From: Methylophilales phage Melnitz-1 EXVC043M
Length of the DNA: 32,000 nucleotides
Reading direction: 5' to 3' (one strand)
Sequence record: MZ577095.1
Position numbers and translations under genes: made by a program. Below are positions 9,202-18,024 of the stretch, one piece after another (position 1 is the stretch's first letter; every line of letters starts with the position of its first letter). Under the pieces are notes generated by a model. It had not been told where the DNA came from. It saw only the letters and a program-made list of their open reading frames with translations, and made no database searches.

Positions 9202-9520
9202 TATTAGTGAAATGTATACTTATGTAGAAAACAAAGATAAGAAGTGGACTGCCATCGGACTCACAGAGAAGGCAGGGAAATATCAAGGAGTTGTATATAG
9301 TTATGGTAAAGTAAAGATTCTTGAGAACGAAGAAAAAACAGAAGCCTCTTTACAATTCGAGTGGGATATGTTAGACTCTAATGGACTACCAAAAGAAAGT
9401 ATTAAAGATGACTTCTTTGAACTTGCTGGTAAGATATTGGAAGATATCATAAGAAAACAAATAGATGGAGAAGATTTACAATATGTCAACACAGACAATA
9501 GAAAAGACAACACTAAGTAA
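9194..9520 (+). CDS. Hypothetical protein (108 aa)
   Basis: ORF between and overlapping P4H-like gene and gene 41. Confidence 0.5.
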   Translation: MSNISEMYTYVENKDKKWTAIGLTEKAGKYQGVVYSYGKVKILENEEKTEASLQFEWDMLDSNGLPKESIKDDFFELAGKILEDIIRKQIDGEDLQYVNTDNRKDNTK

Positions 9521-10874
9521 TCTAGTTTTTAATGAACCTTACACTCGTAAGGTTTTGCCATTTCTAAAACCAGAATATTTTTCTAACCCAGAGGAAAGAA
9601 TTGTATTTGAAGAGATTACTAAATTCGTAGAAAAGTATAATAACACTCCTACCAAGGAAGCGTTGTCTATTGAGGTTGACGGACGCAAAGATATTAATGA
9701 TGAACAATTCAAAAAGGTAACACAGATTATTGAAACTCTGTCTGATGCACAAGTTGATATGAATTGGTTAGTCGAAACTACAGAGAAATTCTGTAAGGAC
9801 AAAGCAGTATACAATGCAATTCTCAACGGTATTCAAATCATCGAAGGTAAAGACAAAGAACATACACCAGAAGCAATTCCTAGTATTCTTACTGATGCAT
9901 TATCAGTTGCATTCGATTCACACATTGGACACGACTACGTTGATGATGGTGAGGAAAGATTTGAGTTCTATCATAAGAAGGAAGAGAAACTAGAATTTGA
10001 CTTGGAGTATTTCAATAAGATTACTAAGGGTGGACTTCCACAGAAAACTCTAAACATTGCACTTGCTGGTACAGGTGTTGGTAAATCACTATTCATGTGT
10101 CACATGGCTGCATCTACTTTGATGCAAGGTAAGAATGTTTTATACATCACATTAGAGATGGCAGAGGAACGTATTGCAGAACGTATTGATGCGAACTTGA
10201 TGAACATCACTATGGATGATTTACATGATTTGCCTAAGAAGATGTTCACAGACCGTCTTTCTAAGATTAATAAAAAGACTAATGGTAAACTTATCATTAA
10301 AGAATATCCAACTGCATCTGCACATAGTGGACACTTTCGTTCATTGATTAAGGAACTTGCACTAAAGAAATCATTCAAACCAGATGTTATCTTTATTGAT
10401 TATCTAAACATCTGTGCATCATCTCGTTTCAAAGGTAATGCAAATGTTGGTTCATACTTCTATATCAAAGCAATTGCAGAAGAACTTAGAGGACTTGCAG
10501 TAGAATGTAATCTACCAATTATGTCTGCAACCCAGACAACTCGTGGTGGGTTCAATAGTTCTGATGTTGGACTTGAAGATACTTCAGAATCATTTGGTTT
10601 GCCTGCAACTGCTGACTTGATGTTTGCATTGATTACTACTGAAGAGTTAGAACAACTTAATCAGATTATGGTAAAACAGTTAAAGAATCGTTATAACGAC
10701 CCAGGCACTAACAAAAGATTTGTTGTGGGTATTGACAGAGCGAGAATGAAACTGTATGATGTAGAACAAGAAGCACAAGATGATATTGTTGATAGTGGAC
10801 AGAGTGACACACCAGCATTTGATAAAAGTTCAATATCTACACGATATGACAAGTTTAACGACATAAAGGTGTAA
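9483..10874 (+). CDS. 41: T4 gp41-like replicative DNA helicase (DnaB family); ATG 9483
   Basis: NIALAGTGVGKSLFMCHMA Walker A, VIFIDYLNICAS Walker B, SATQTTRGG, GIDRARMKLYD. Confidence 0.92.
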   Translation: MSTQTIEKTTLSNLVFNEPYTRKVLPFLKPEYFSNPEERIVFEEITKFVEKYNNTPTKEALSIEVDGRKDINDEQFKKVTQIIETLSDAQVDMNWLVETTEKFCKDKAVYNAILNGIQIIEGKDKEHTPEAIPSILTDALSVAFDSHIGHDYVDDGEERFEFYHKKEEKLEFDLEYFNKITKGGLPQKTLNIALAGTGVGKSLFMCHMAASTLMQGKNVLYITLEMAEERIAERIDANLMNITMDDLHDLPKKMFTDRLSKINKKTNGKLIIKEYPTASAHSGHFRSLIKELALKKSFKPDVIFIDYLNICASSRFKGNANVGSYFYIKAIAEELRGLAVECNLPIMSATQTTRGGFNSSDVGLEDTSESFGLPATADLMFALITTEELEQLNQIMVKQLKNRYNDPGTNKRFVVGIDRARMKLYDVEQEAQDDIVDSGQSDTPAFDKSSISTRYDKFNDIKV

Positions 10875-10880
10875 TTTATC

Positions 10881-10909
10881 TTGACTTCCTAACATTTTTA
10901 TATTATAAA
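10881..10909 (+). promoter_or_regulatory. sigma70-type promoter TTGACT-17-TATAAA overlapping a late promoter
   Basis: 10881-10886 and 10904-10909. Confidence 0.65.
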
Positions 10910-10911
10910 TA
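10904..10911 (+). promoter_or_regulatory. T4-like late promoter octamer TATAAATA
   Basis: Exact match, intergenic, upstream of late virion cassette. Confidence 0.85.
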
Positions 10912-10950
10912 GAACTGTAATATTATTTGTGCAAATGGAGAAATTGATAA

Positions 10951-12036
10951 ATGCAAGGTTTCAAGACCTTCCTTTCGGAAGCAAAAGTTAAAGCAGAGGA
11001 TTATGAGGCAGCCATAGTTATTGGTTGGTACGAGTTACATGAGCGTGAACTCGACTCTAAGACTGGCATTACTGATAAGACGTTAAAGGTTTTAGAATCA
11101 AATCCAGAAGTATTAGCATCTGGTAAACGCATTGCAGAGTATGTTCTTAAAACAAACTCAAGTCTTTCAGGCGCCCAAGCAGAACAGTATGGTAGAGCAT
11201 CTACTAAGTTAACTAAGTTCTGGACTTCACACGGTGCAACAAACAAAACTCCAAAAACAGATATACTAATTGGGAACATGCGTTTCTCATTAAAGATTGG
11301 TGCGGCGCAACTCATGTCTGGTGGTAAATCTGAATCTAGTGCGACATTCTATGCAGCAGTAAAGAATACATCAAAAGAACTTTCAAAAAATAAACAATTT
11401 AAAAAGGTTGAGGGTATCTTAGAATCATTTGTCACAAACACTCTTGCTCCAGGCCAATTGCGTGGAATAATTAAATCTGGTGAAAACGAAGTTGTTAACG
11501 CTGGAGAAGCTGCACACAAACAATGTATGACTGAACTAGGAATGTTATTTGAACAATCACAAGAATTCAAGGTTGCCTTTGCTCGTGAAGCAATGTCTGG
11601 TTTTGAAAAGTTTGGAGAGAATGATAACGCAGCCGCAGAGTATATGTTAGTATCTTCTCACGATGGTAACAGTGTAAAAATCAAAAGTGTATACGATGAT
11701 GAGTACTGTTCTTACATTGCAGACAAAATGAAACTACAAGCAAGATTTAAAACATCATCTCGTAAAATAAAGAAAAAGAAAACAGGTGAATATAATTTTT
11801 GGAGTGTTATCTCTTTGATTGTTAATGCAATGGATGAAGATATAGAAGCATATAATAACGGTGAGATTCTTACTGAAATTCGTTTGTTTAAAAATCTTAC
11901 TGCAAAGGTAAAAGGATTCTTTAATAAAGTTTGGAAAAAAGCAACTAATTTTTTTAAAAAGGGTACTATGTCAATGATGAAATTTTTAGGTGTAGAACCT
12001 ACTGTTACACATAGTAAGGATGTTAACTTTGATTAA
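10951..12036 (+). CDS. Putative virion/internal head protein with N-terminal capsid-targeting-like leader (MQGFKTFLSE|A)
   Basis: Position after late promoter; leader similarity to T4 internal-protein MKTYQEFIAEA; conserved marine T4-like structural-type protein. Confidence 0.6.
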   Translation: MQGFKTFLSEAKVKAEDYEAAIVIGWYELHERELDSKTGITDKTLKVLESNPEVLASGKRIAEYVLKTNSSLSGAQAEQYGRASTKLTKFWTSHGATNKTPKTDILIGNMRFSLKIGAAQLMSGGKSESSATFYAAVKNTSKELSKNKQFKKVEGILESFVTNTLAPGQLRGIIKSGENEVVNAGEAAHKQCMTELGMLFEQSQEFKVAFAREAMSGFEKFGENDNAAAEYMLVSSHDGNSVKIKSVYDDEYCSYIADKMKLQARFKTSSRKIKKKKTGEYNFWSVISLIVNAMDEDIEAYNNGEILTEIRLFKNLTAKVKGFFNKVWKKATNFFKKGTMSMMKFLGVEPTVTHSKDVNFD

Positions 12037-13276
12037 TTTTAGTAAATACATAACCGAAGATAAGGGTGGTAAGAACTTACACCTAGAACATATCGAAGAT
12101 GAGATATTAAACTTTGGTGTGTCTGGTGGTAGAGCTGCAATTAACTTTGTTCGTTCTCTAAGAGATATGTTGGCAGGTGCATCACGTTCATCTGTAAACA
12201 TGACTGTTAAATGGGACGGCGCTCCAGCAATCTTTGCTGGTATCGACCCAGAAGATGGTAAGTTTTTCGTTGCAAAGAAATCAGTATTTAATGCAACACC
12301 AAAATTATACAAGACAGCAAAAGAGATTGATGACGATGGACTATCTGGTTCATTGAATAGTAAATTTAAAGTTGCACTTGCAGAATTTTCTAAGTTGGGT
12401 ATTAAAGGTGTACTTCAAGGAGACTTGATGTGGACAGATGATATCGAAACAGATACTATTGACGGAGTGCGTTACTATACATTCCAACCTAATACAATTG
12501 TATATGCTGTTCCTGTTGATAGTGATTTTGGGAAACAGATTAATGCATCAAAGATTGGTATTGTATGGCATACAACATATAAAGGTTCTGCACTACAAGA
12601 TATGAAAGCATCATTTGGTGTAGACATTAAAGGATTGTCTAATCCAACATCTGTATGGATGGATGACGCAACTTATAAAGATGTTGCTGGTAAAGCAACA
12701 ATGACTGAGAAAGAAACAGAAGCAGTTACTAAATCTTTATCTGGTGCTGGTAAAACTTTTCAAAAGATTAACTCTAGTATGTTGACTAAGTTTCTAAACA
12801 TACAAAACAATTTTACAGGAAACCTTGCTGGTGCATCATTAAAGACATATTATAATAGTAAAGTAAGACAAGGTAAACCTATCAACAACCCTAAAGCACA
12901 TGCAAAGGGATACGAGAAGTGGGTATCTGACACATACGATAAAAGAATTAAAAGTCTCAAAACAGAGAAGTCTCAGCAAAAAGTTGAGAATGAAAAGAAA
13001 GAGATGTTACGAGAACTAAAGAAACATACAAAGAATTTAGAACAGGTTATCTTGTTTCAGAACTATCTAATTGAAGCAAAGATGGGCATCGTAAAGAAAC
13101 TAAATAGTGTTAAGCAATTAACTGATACATTCATTAGAACTGCAAATGGTTTTAAAGTAGTTAATCCAGAAGGATTTGTTGCCATTGACAGAGTTAGTGG
13201 TAATGCAGTAAAGTTAGTTGATAGAATGGAATTTAGTTTTAATAACTTCACAGCAATTAAGGCGTGGGACAGATGA
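12020..13276 (+). CDS. Putative ligase-fold covalent nucleotidyltransferase with capsid-targeting-like leader (alternative TTG start 12029: MINFSKYITE)
   Basis: Motif I KWDG at 12209-12220, motif III-like FQPNTIVYAV, motif IV EGFV at 13169-13180, motif V AVKLV at 13205-13219. Confidence 0.6.
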   Translation: MLTLINFSKYITEDKGGKNLHLEHIEDEILNFGVSGGRAAINFVRSLRDMLAGASRSSVNMTVKWDGAPAIFAGIDPEDGKFFVAKKSVFNATPKLYKTAKEIDDDGLSGSLNSKFKVALAEFSKLGIKGVLQGDLMWTDDIETDTIDGVRYYTFQPNTIVYAVPVDSDFGKQINASKIGIVWHTTYKGSALQDMKASFGVDIKGLSNPTSVWMDDATYKDVAGKATMTEKETEAVTKSLSGAGKTFQKINSSMLTKFLNIQNNFTGNLAGASLKTYYNSKVRQGKPINNPKAHAKGYEKWVSDTYDKRIKSLKTEKSQQKVENEKKEMLRELKKHTKNLEQVILFQNYLIEAKMGIVKKLNSVKQLTDTFIRTANGFKVVNPEGFVAIDRVSGNAVKLVDRMEFSFNNFTAIKAWDR

Positions 13277-13665
13277 AGAAATTCAGTGAACTAACATCTG
13301 AACTGATAGAAAGAAAAGCAGTTTCTATGACTCAAAGAAGAGCCATGGGAAGAAGAATGGCGAAGATGGCAAAGTCATCTGCATTCAAGGCGAAGGTTGC
13401 ACGAAAGAAAAAGAAACTTGCAACACCAGAGATGTTACATAAACGTGCATTGAAAGCTGCAAAGGCAGTTATACTTCAGAAGTTTGCTGGGTTAAGTCCA
13501 GCGAAGTACATGCAATTGTCACCTGCTGCAAGAGTAGAGATTGATAATCGTATTGTTGCAAAGAAGGGTGCTGCGATTCAAAAGATTGCTAAGAAGATGA
13601 TGGTTAAACTTAAAAAACAAGAATTAGAAAGATTGAAAAAAATCAGACAGGGTGGAGATAAATGA
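13273..13665 (+). CDS. Small, highly basic putative virion/DNA-binding internal protein (MKKFSELTSELIERK…)
   Basis: ATG 13273; Lys/Arg-rich throughout (RRAMGRRMAKMAKSSAFKAKVARKKKK); inside late cassette. Confidence 0.6.
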   Translation: MKKFSELTSELIERKAVSMTQRRAMGRRMAKMAKSSAFKAKVARKKKKLATPEMLHKRALKAAKAVILQKFAGLSPAKYMQLSPAARVEIDNRIVAKKGAAIQKIAKKMMVKLKKQELERLKKIRQGGDK

Positions 13666-15614
13666 AGAAGTTTTCTGAAATTATAGAAGCTCGTGGTGAT
13701 ACTGCTGTATTTACATTCGGTAGATTTAATCCCCCGACTACTGGACATGAAAAATTAATGGAAGCAGTTGCCAAACAGGCAAAGAAGAATTCTGCTCCTT
13801 ATTACATTTTTGCATCTCATTCAGAGAACGCAAAGAAAGACCCTTTACCTTATGCAAAGAAACTTGCATACATGAAGAAGATGTTTCCAAAACATGCAAG
13901 AAGTCTGGTTGTTGATAAAGCAAGAAACGTATTTGAGATTGCAGTCACACTACACAACAAAGGACATAAATCAATCATAATGGTTGTAGGTTCTGACAGA
14001 GTTTCAGAGTTTGATGCACTACTAAACAAATACAATGGAACTGAAGCAAGACACGGTTACTACGGTTTCGATAATATTGAAGTTGTATCTGCGGGCGAAA
14101 GAGACCCAGATGCAGAAGGTGTTACTGGAATGTCTGCATCTAAGATGAGAGCAGCTGCAGTTGCAAATGATTTCGACCAGTTCAAACTAGGATTGCCTAG
14201 TACATTTAAACAAGGAATGTCTTTATTCAAAGATGTTCGTAAGTACATGGGTGTTCGTGAGTCTTTTGTTCCTAGAACAAATGTAATGACTGATGAAGAT
14301 GTTGTTCGTGACTTATATGTAGAAGGCAAACTATTTTCAGTTGGTGACATTGTAGAAGATAATTACACAGGTGTTTCTGGTGTGGTTGTTCGTAGAGGAA
14401 CAAACTACATTACATTCAAAGAGGAAGATGGAACACTACACAAGAAGTGGTTGTATGAAGTAAAACAAGATAAAGATATTAAGGACAGAAAAGGTACTGA
14501 ACCAGCAAAGTATTATGCAAAAGATGCTGATGGTGATGCAATGTCCAAATCTACAAAACAAAAACGTGCGGCACACTTTGCAAAGAAAAAGGATGGCCCT
14601 GCTCCAGGCGATGGACATGCAGAAACAAAACCATCTAAAAGTACAAAGAAATTTAAAGACATGTTTGGTGAAGAAGACCCATGTTGGGATACTCACAAAC
14701 AGGTTGGAACTAAGAAAAAGAATGGCAAAGAAGTTCCTAACTGTGTTCCTAAAGAGGAGTTTCAGTTAGACGAAAAGATTGAAGGACTTGTTACTAAAGC
14801 AGAAAAGTCTGGTGTACCTTATGGAATTCTAAAGAAGGTATATGACAGAGGAATGGCTGCATGGAAAACAGGACACCGCCCAGGCACTACACCACAACAG
14901 TGGGCATTCGCAAGAGTAAATTCTTTTCTTACAGGTGGTAAGACTAGAACAACTGCTGATGCAGATTTATGGAAACAAGCAAAAGGAAAGAAAGAAGAGA
15001 GTGGAGATTCTCGTGAAATCGGAACTGATGCGAGTAGACAAGAAAGGCAGAAAATGACGCCAGGACAGAACATTGTCTCTTTCAAGGAACACCTTGATTG
15101 TGGCACACCAGATTGCTGTAACGAATGTGCAGAATCTAGTTTAATTGAATCCAACCAATATCGTGTTGGTTCAGAGAAATACTACGAATTTTTTAACGAA
15201 AAAAGAAGCCTTTACGAGAGAGGTGAATTAAGTCCAGTTGGTTTTGATAAAGAACTACTGGAAGGTGATATCGGTAAATACGACACATATAATGGAGAAC
15301 ATGTTCCCTTGGACTGTCCTATGATGGAATCTGAATACCAAGGGAAAGATGTTGAACTAAATAAACCAAAGGTCGGTGGTTCTAAGAAATACTATGTCTA
15401 TGTAAAAGACGGAGACAAAGTAAAGAAAGTTTCTTGGGGTGACACCTCTGGTTTAAAAGTTAAGTTAGACGATAAAGAAGCAAGAAAATCGTTTGCTGCA
15501 AGACACGATTGTGCAAACAAAAAAGATAAGACCACAGCAGGATACTGGGCGTGTAATTTACCACGGTATGCTAAACAACTTGGTTTATCTGGTGGGGGTA
15601 ACTTTTTTTGGTAA
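13662..15614 (+). CDS. Multidomain protein: leader (MKKFSEIIEA) + NMNAT/cytidylyltransferase-like nucleotidyltransferase + linker modules + C-terminal Cys/Trp motif domain
   Basis: FTFGRFNPPTTGH at 13713-13748 and MSASKMR at 14130-14150 (ISSTxxR-like); C-terminus RKSFAARHDCANKKDKTTAGYWACN…W typical of T4-like phage head-associated proteins. Confidence 0.75.
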   Translation: MKKFSEIIEARGDTAVFTFGRFNPPTTGHEKLMEAVAKQAKKNSAPYYIFASHSENAKKDPLPYAKKLAYMKKMFPKHARSLVVDKARNVFEIAVTLHNKGHKSIIMVVGSDRVSEFDALLNKYNGTEARHGYYGFDNIEVVSAGERDPDAEGVTGMSASKMRAAAVANDFDQFKLGLPSTFKQGMSLFKDVRKYMGVRESFVPRTNVMTDEDVVRDLYVEGKLFSVGDIVEDNYTGVSGVVVRRGTNYITFKEEDGTLHKKWLYEVKQDKDIKDRKGTEPAKYYAKDADGDAMSKSTKQKRAAHFAKKKDGPAPGDGHAETKPSKSTKKFKDMFGEEDPCWDTHKQVGTKKKNGKEVPNCVPKEEFQLDEKIEGLVTKAEKSGVPYGILKKVYDRGMAAWKTGHRPGTTPQQWAFARVNSFLTGGKTRTTADADLWKQAKGKKEESGDSREIGTDASRQERQKMTPGQNIVSFKEHLDCGTPDCCNECAESSLIESNQYRVGSEKYYEFFNEKRSLYERGELSPVGFDKELLEGDIGKYDTYNGEHVPLDCPMMESEYQGKDVELNKPKVGGSKKYYVYVKDGDKVKKVSWGDTSGLKVKLDDKEARKSFAARHDCANKKDKTTAGYWACNLPRYAKQLGLSGGGNFFW

Positions 15615-15877
15615 ACCCATATAACGATATAGGCTTAGAAACTGACATCATGCTAAGAGAGTTTCAACATGACGTTGAAAAGGATGAGTTAGTCTGGCAT
15701 CGTGATAGAAGTGATAGAGAGATTACTGTACTTTCTGGTTATAACTGGAAATTGCAGATGGATAACCAATTGCCTGAAGAACTGAAGCATGGTAGAGTAT
15801 ATCATATCAATAAAATGGTTTATCACAGATTAATAAAAGGAAGTGGTAAACTACTACTTAAAATTAGGGAAAAGTAA
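15608..15877 (+). CDS. Conserved phage hypothetical protein (89 aa)
   Basis: Overlaps upstream stop; conserved-type ORF in late cassette. Confidence 0.55.
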   Translation: MVNPYNDIGLETDIMLREFQHDVEKDELVWHRDRSDREITVLSGYNWKLQMDNQLPEELKHGRVYHINKMVYHRLIKGSGKLLLKIREK

Positions 15878-15878
15878 T

Positions 15879-17267
15879 ATGACTAGATATAATAAAACAA
15901 TGAGTGAGGCTCTTTCAGAAGTTCGTTCTGTAACACCAGAACAAATTGCAGAAGCATCTGCTCGTAGGGACGCAATGCGTCACGGTGCTGGTGGGAGAAG
16001 AGGAATCGACCCTGCTGATAGAGATGATGTAAAGGCAACTGACAAAGACCAAGAACTCGCTAAAAAGAATATGATTATGCAATTGCGTAGATCAAAAGAC
16101 ACTAAAGGCAACATCTCTATTGAATTCAAAGATGGAAAGAAACAGAAGGTTGACCCTAAGTTTGTTGAGTTGTTGTTAAAAGCACATGACATGATTCAGA
16201 AACCAAGAGACAAAGAACAATTTGTTGGTATGATTTCTAAGTCGTATCGTGATATGCTTAAGACTGCGAAGATGGTCTCAAAACAACTTAGAATGGGTGA
16301 AGAAGTTATTCTTGAAGTAAAAGAAGAATACGTTTGTGAAGATTGTGGTTGTGAACAAGGTAATGCAGACCCTAACTGTGATTGCCCAAATGACTCCACT
16401 GATTTACAAGCATCTTATTGGGTGAAGAAAGAAGAAATTGAAATTGATGAGATGAAGATGGATGACCCTAAGTTGAATAAGATATTCGACAAACTAAAGA
16501 AGGGACAAACCATTAAACTCAAGACTAGTTCTACAATCAGTAAGGGCAAAGACTTTGTTGATTATATTGTTAAGTCAAAGAATACAGTAAACAAGGGTAG
16601 AGTAGAAAAAGTCACACTTGTTACTAAAGGTAATGAAAAGTCAGTCAAGAAGTTCCTATACAAAAGAGATGGTAAAGTAACATTTGCTATCGGTGATATG
16701 GGTGCATCTATTGATGACATCAAAGAGGACTTTACTCCACATATGATGTATGACCCTAAAACTGGAAAAGGTTATAAGGCAGAGAAAGAAGCAGACCATC
16801 TCAGAATGAAAGACATGGGATATACCCACGAGAAACCAGAGATGGATGAGGCAAAATCATCTACAGGTTACGAACTGTACCACAAAGACTTTTCATCTGC
16901 AATGAAACACGCATATGACTTTGCAAAGAAAAAGTTTGGTATCGAAGTTGACCCTAAAGAGATTGATGATAAGGTTGCAACTGGGCCAAAGAAACCATCA
17001 AATGGTAAAACCAATTCTTACAGTCTAAAAGCAAAAGGTGGTAAAAAAGGAATCCAAGTACAGGTTTACAACACTGGTAAAAACTATGAGTTGAACATGT
17101 ACAAAGAAGAGGTTATTTCTGAAGAGGAAGAACCACAGAAGTCTGATGGCGCTAAAGCTGTCGAACAGGGACGAGAAGATAAGAAGAAAACTCGTATCGC
17201 ACAATTGCAGTTGCAAATCGCAAAGGCACAAGAAACTATAAACCAACTAAACGCACAGGAGAAATAA
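15879..17267 (+). CDS. Putative virion/internal protein, acidic/basic modular, Cys-rich segment; ATG 15879
   Basis: MTRYNKTMSEALSE leader-like start; CEDCGCEQGNADPNCDC; KKEEIEIDEMK junction motif. Confidence 0.55.
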   Translation: MTRYNKTMSEALSEVRSVTPEQIAEASARRDAMRHGAGGRRGIDPADRDDVKATDKDQELAKKNMIMQLRRSKDTKGNISIEFKDGKKQKVDPKFVELLLKAHDMIQKPRDKEQFVGMISKSYRDMLKTAKMVSKQLRMGEEVILEVKEEYVCEDCGCEQGNADPNCDCPNDSTDLQASYWVKKEEIEIDEMKMDDPKLNKIFDKLKKGQTIKLKTSSTISKGKDFVDYIVKSKNTVNKGRVEKVTLVTKGNEKSVKKFLYKRDGKVTFAIGDMGASIDDIKEDFTPHMMYDPKTGKGYKAEKEADHLRMKDMGYTHEKPEMDEAKSSTGYELYHKDFSSAMKHAYDFAKKKFGIEVDPKEIDDKVATGPKKPSNGKTNSYSLKAKGGKKGIQVQVYNTGKNYELNMYKEEVISEEEEPQKSDGAKAVEQGREDKKKTRIAQLQLQIAKAQETINQLNAQEK

Positions 17268-18023
17268 ATGTCCAAGTATCTTGAAACTAAAAAAGGTAGT
17301 ATTGAGAGTGCTGTGCTTGAGGCAATGTCTCCAGCGCAACAAGCTGCTATCGCAATATCTAAAAAAGAAAAAGAACAAAAAGAAAATAACTATATTCACG
17401 CTGCAAAGATGGCAAAAGAAAAGGGTGAGAAAACCTTTACTATCGGTGGTAAGGAATATGATGTTGAGGAAGCATTAGCAACTGAAACTAATAAGAACGA
17501 CAAGTCTGATGATGGTGATGGTATGGACGCAGTTCAACCTAAAGCAGTAAAGAAGAAGTTTGCTGACCGTAAAGATAAAGACATTGACAACGATGGTGAT
17601 GTTGATGATTCAGATAAGTTCTTACACAAAAGACGTAAGGCAGTTTCTAAAGCAATCAACAAAGAAGAAGTTGAACTTGATGAAGGATATTCCCCAAAAG
17701 AAATTAAGATGGCAATCGGTATTGCATCTGATAAAAGATATGCTGGTGGCAACTATAGTGGTGCAGTAAAGGCTATCGAAAAAATTAAAAAGGGGTTATC
17801 TAATCATAAACAAGTTGCGGCAGTTCTTAAAAGACAAAACGAATCACTTGCTGAGAAGTCTGCAAGACATATTGCAGACATGTGGAAAAAATCTGCTGAA
17901 GCCAAAGAAGGTAAAGTCAAAGAAGATGAGGAGTCTCCTAAAAAGAAGGAGGCTAAATCTGCAATGACAGGTAAACCAATGGCAGGGGTTGAAGTTAATC
18001 CAAAAGAGTCAAAGGCGAAGTAA
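17268..18023 (+). CDS. Putative virion/internal protein with EF-hand/dockerin-like calcium-binding loop
   Basis: DKDIDNDGDVDDSDKF encoded at 17574-17621; KEEVELDEGY junction motif. Confidence 0.55.
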   Translation: MSKYLETKKGSIESAVLEAMSPAQQAAIAISKKEKEQKENNYIHAAKMAKEKGEKTFTIGGKEYDVEEALATETNKNDKSDDGDGMDAVQPKAVKKKFADRKDKDIDNDGDVDDSDKFLHKRRKAVSKAINKEEVELDEGYSPKEIKMAIGIASDKRYAGGNYSGAVKAIEKIKKGLSNHKQVAAVLKRQNESLAEKSARHIADMWKKSAEAKEGKVKEDEESPKKKEAKSAMTGKPMAGVEVNPKESKAK

Positions 18024-18024
18024 C

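Noticed and set aside
14060-15154. Several minus-strand ORFs inside 13662-15614
   Set aside because: Mirror-image translations of Lys/Asp-rich coding sequence; no promoter or RBS support.
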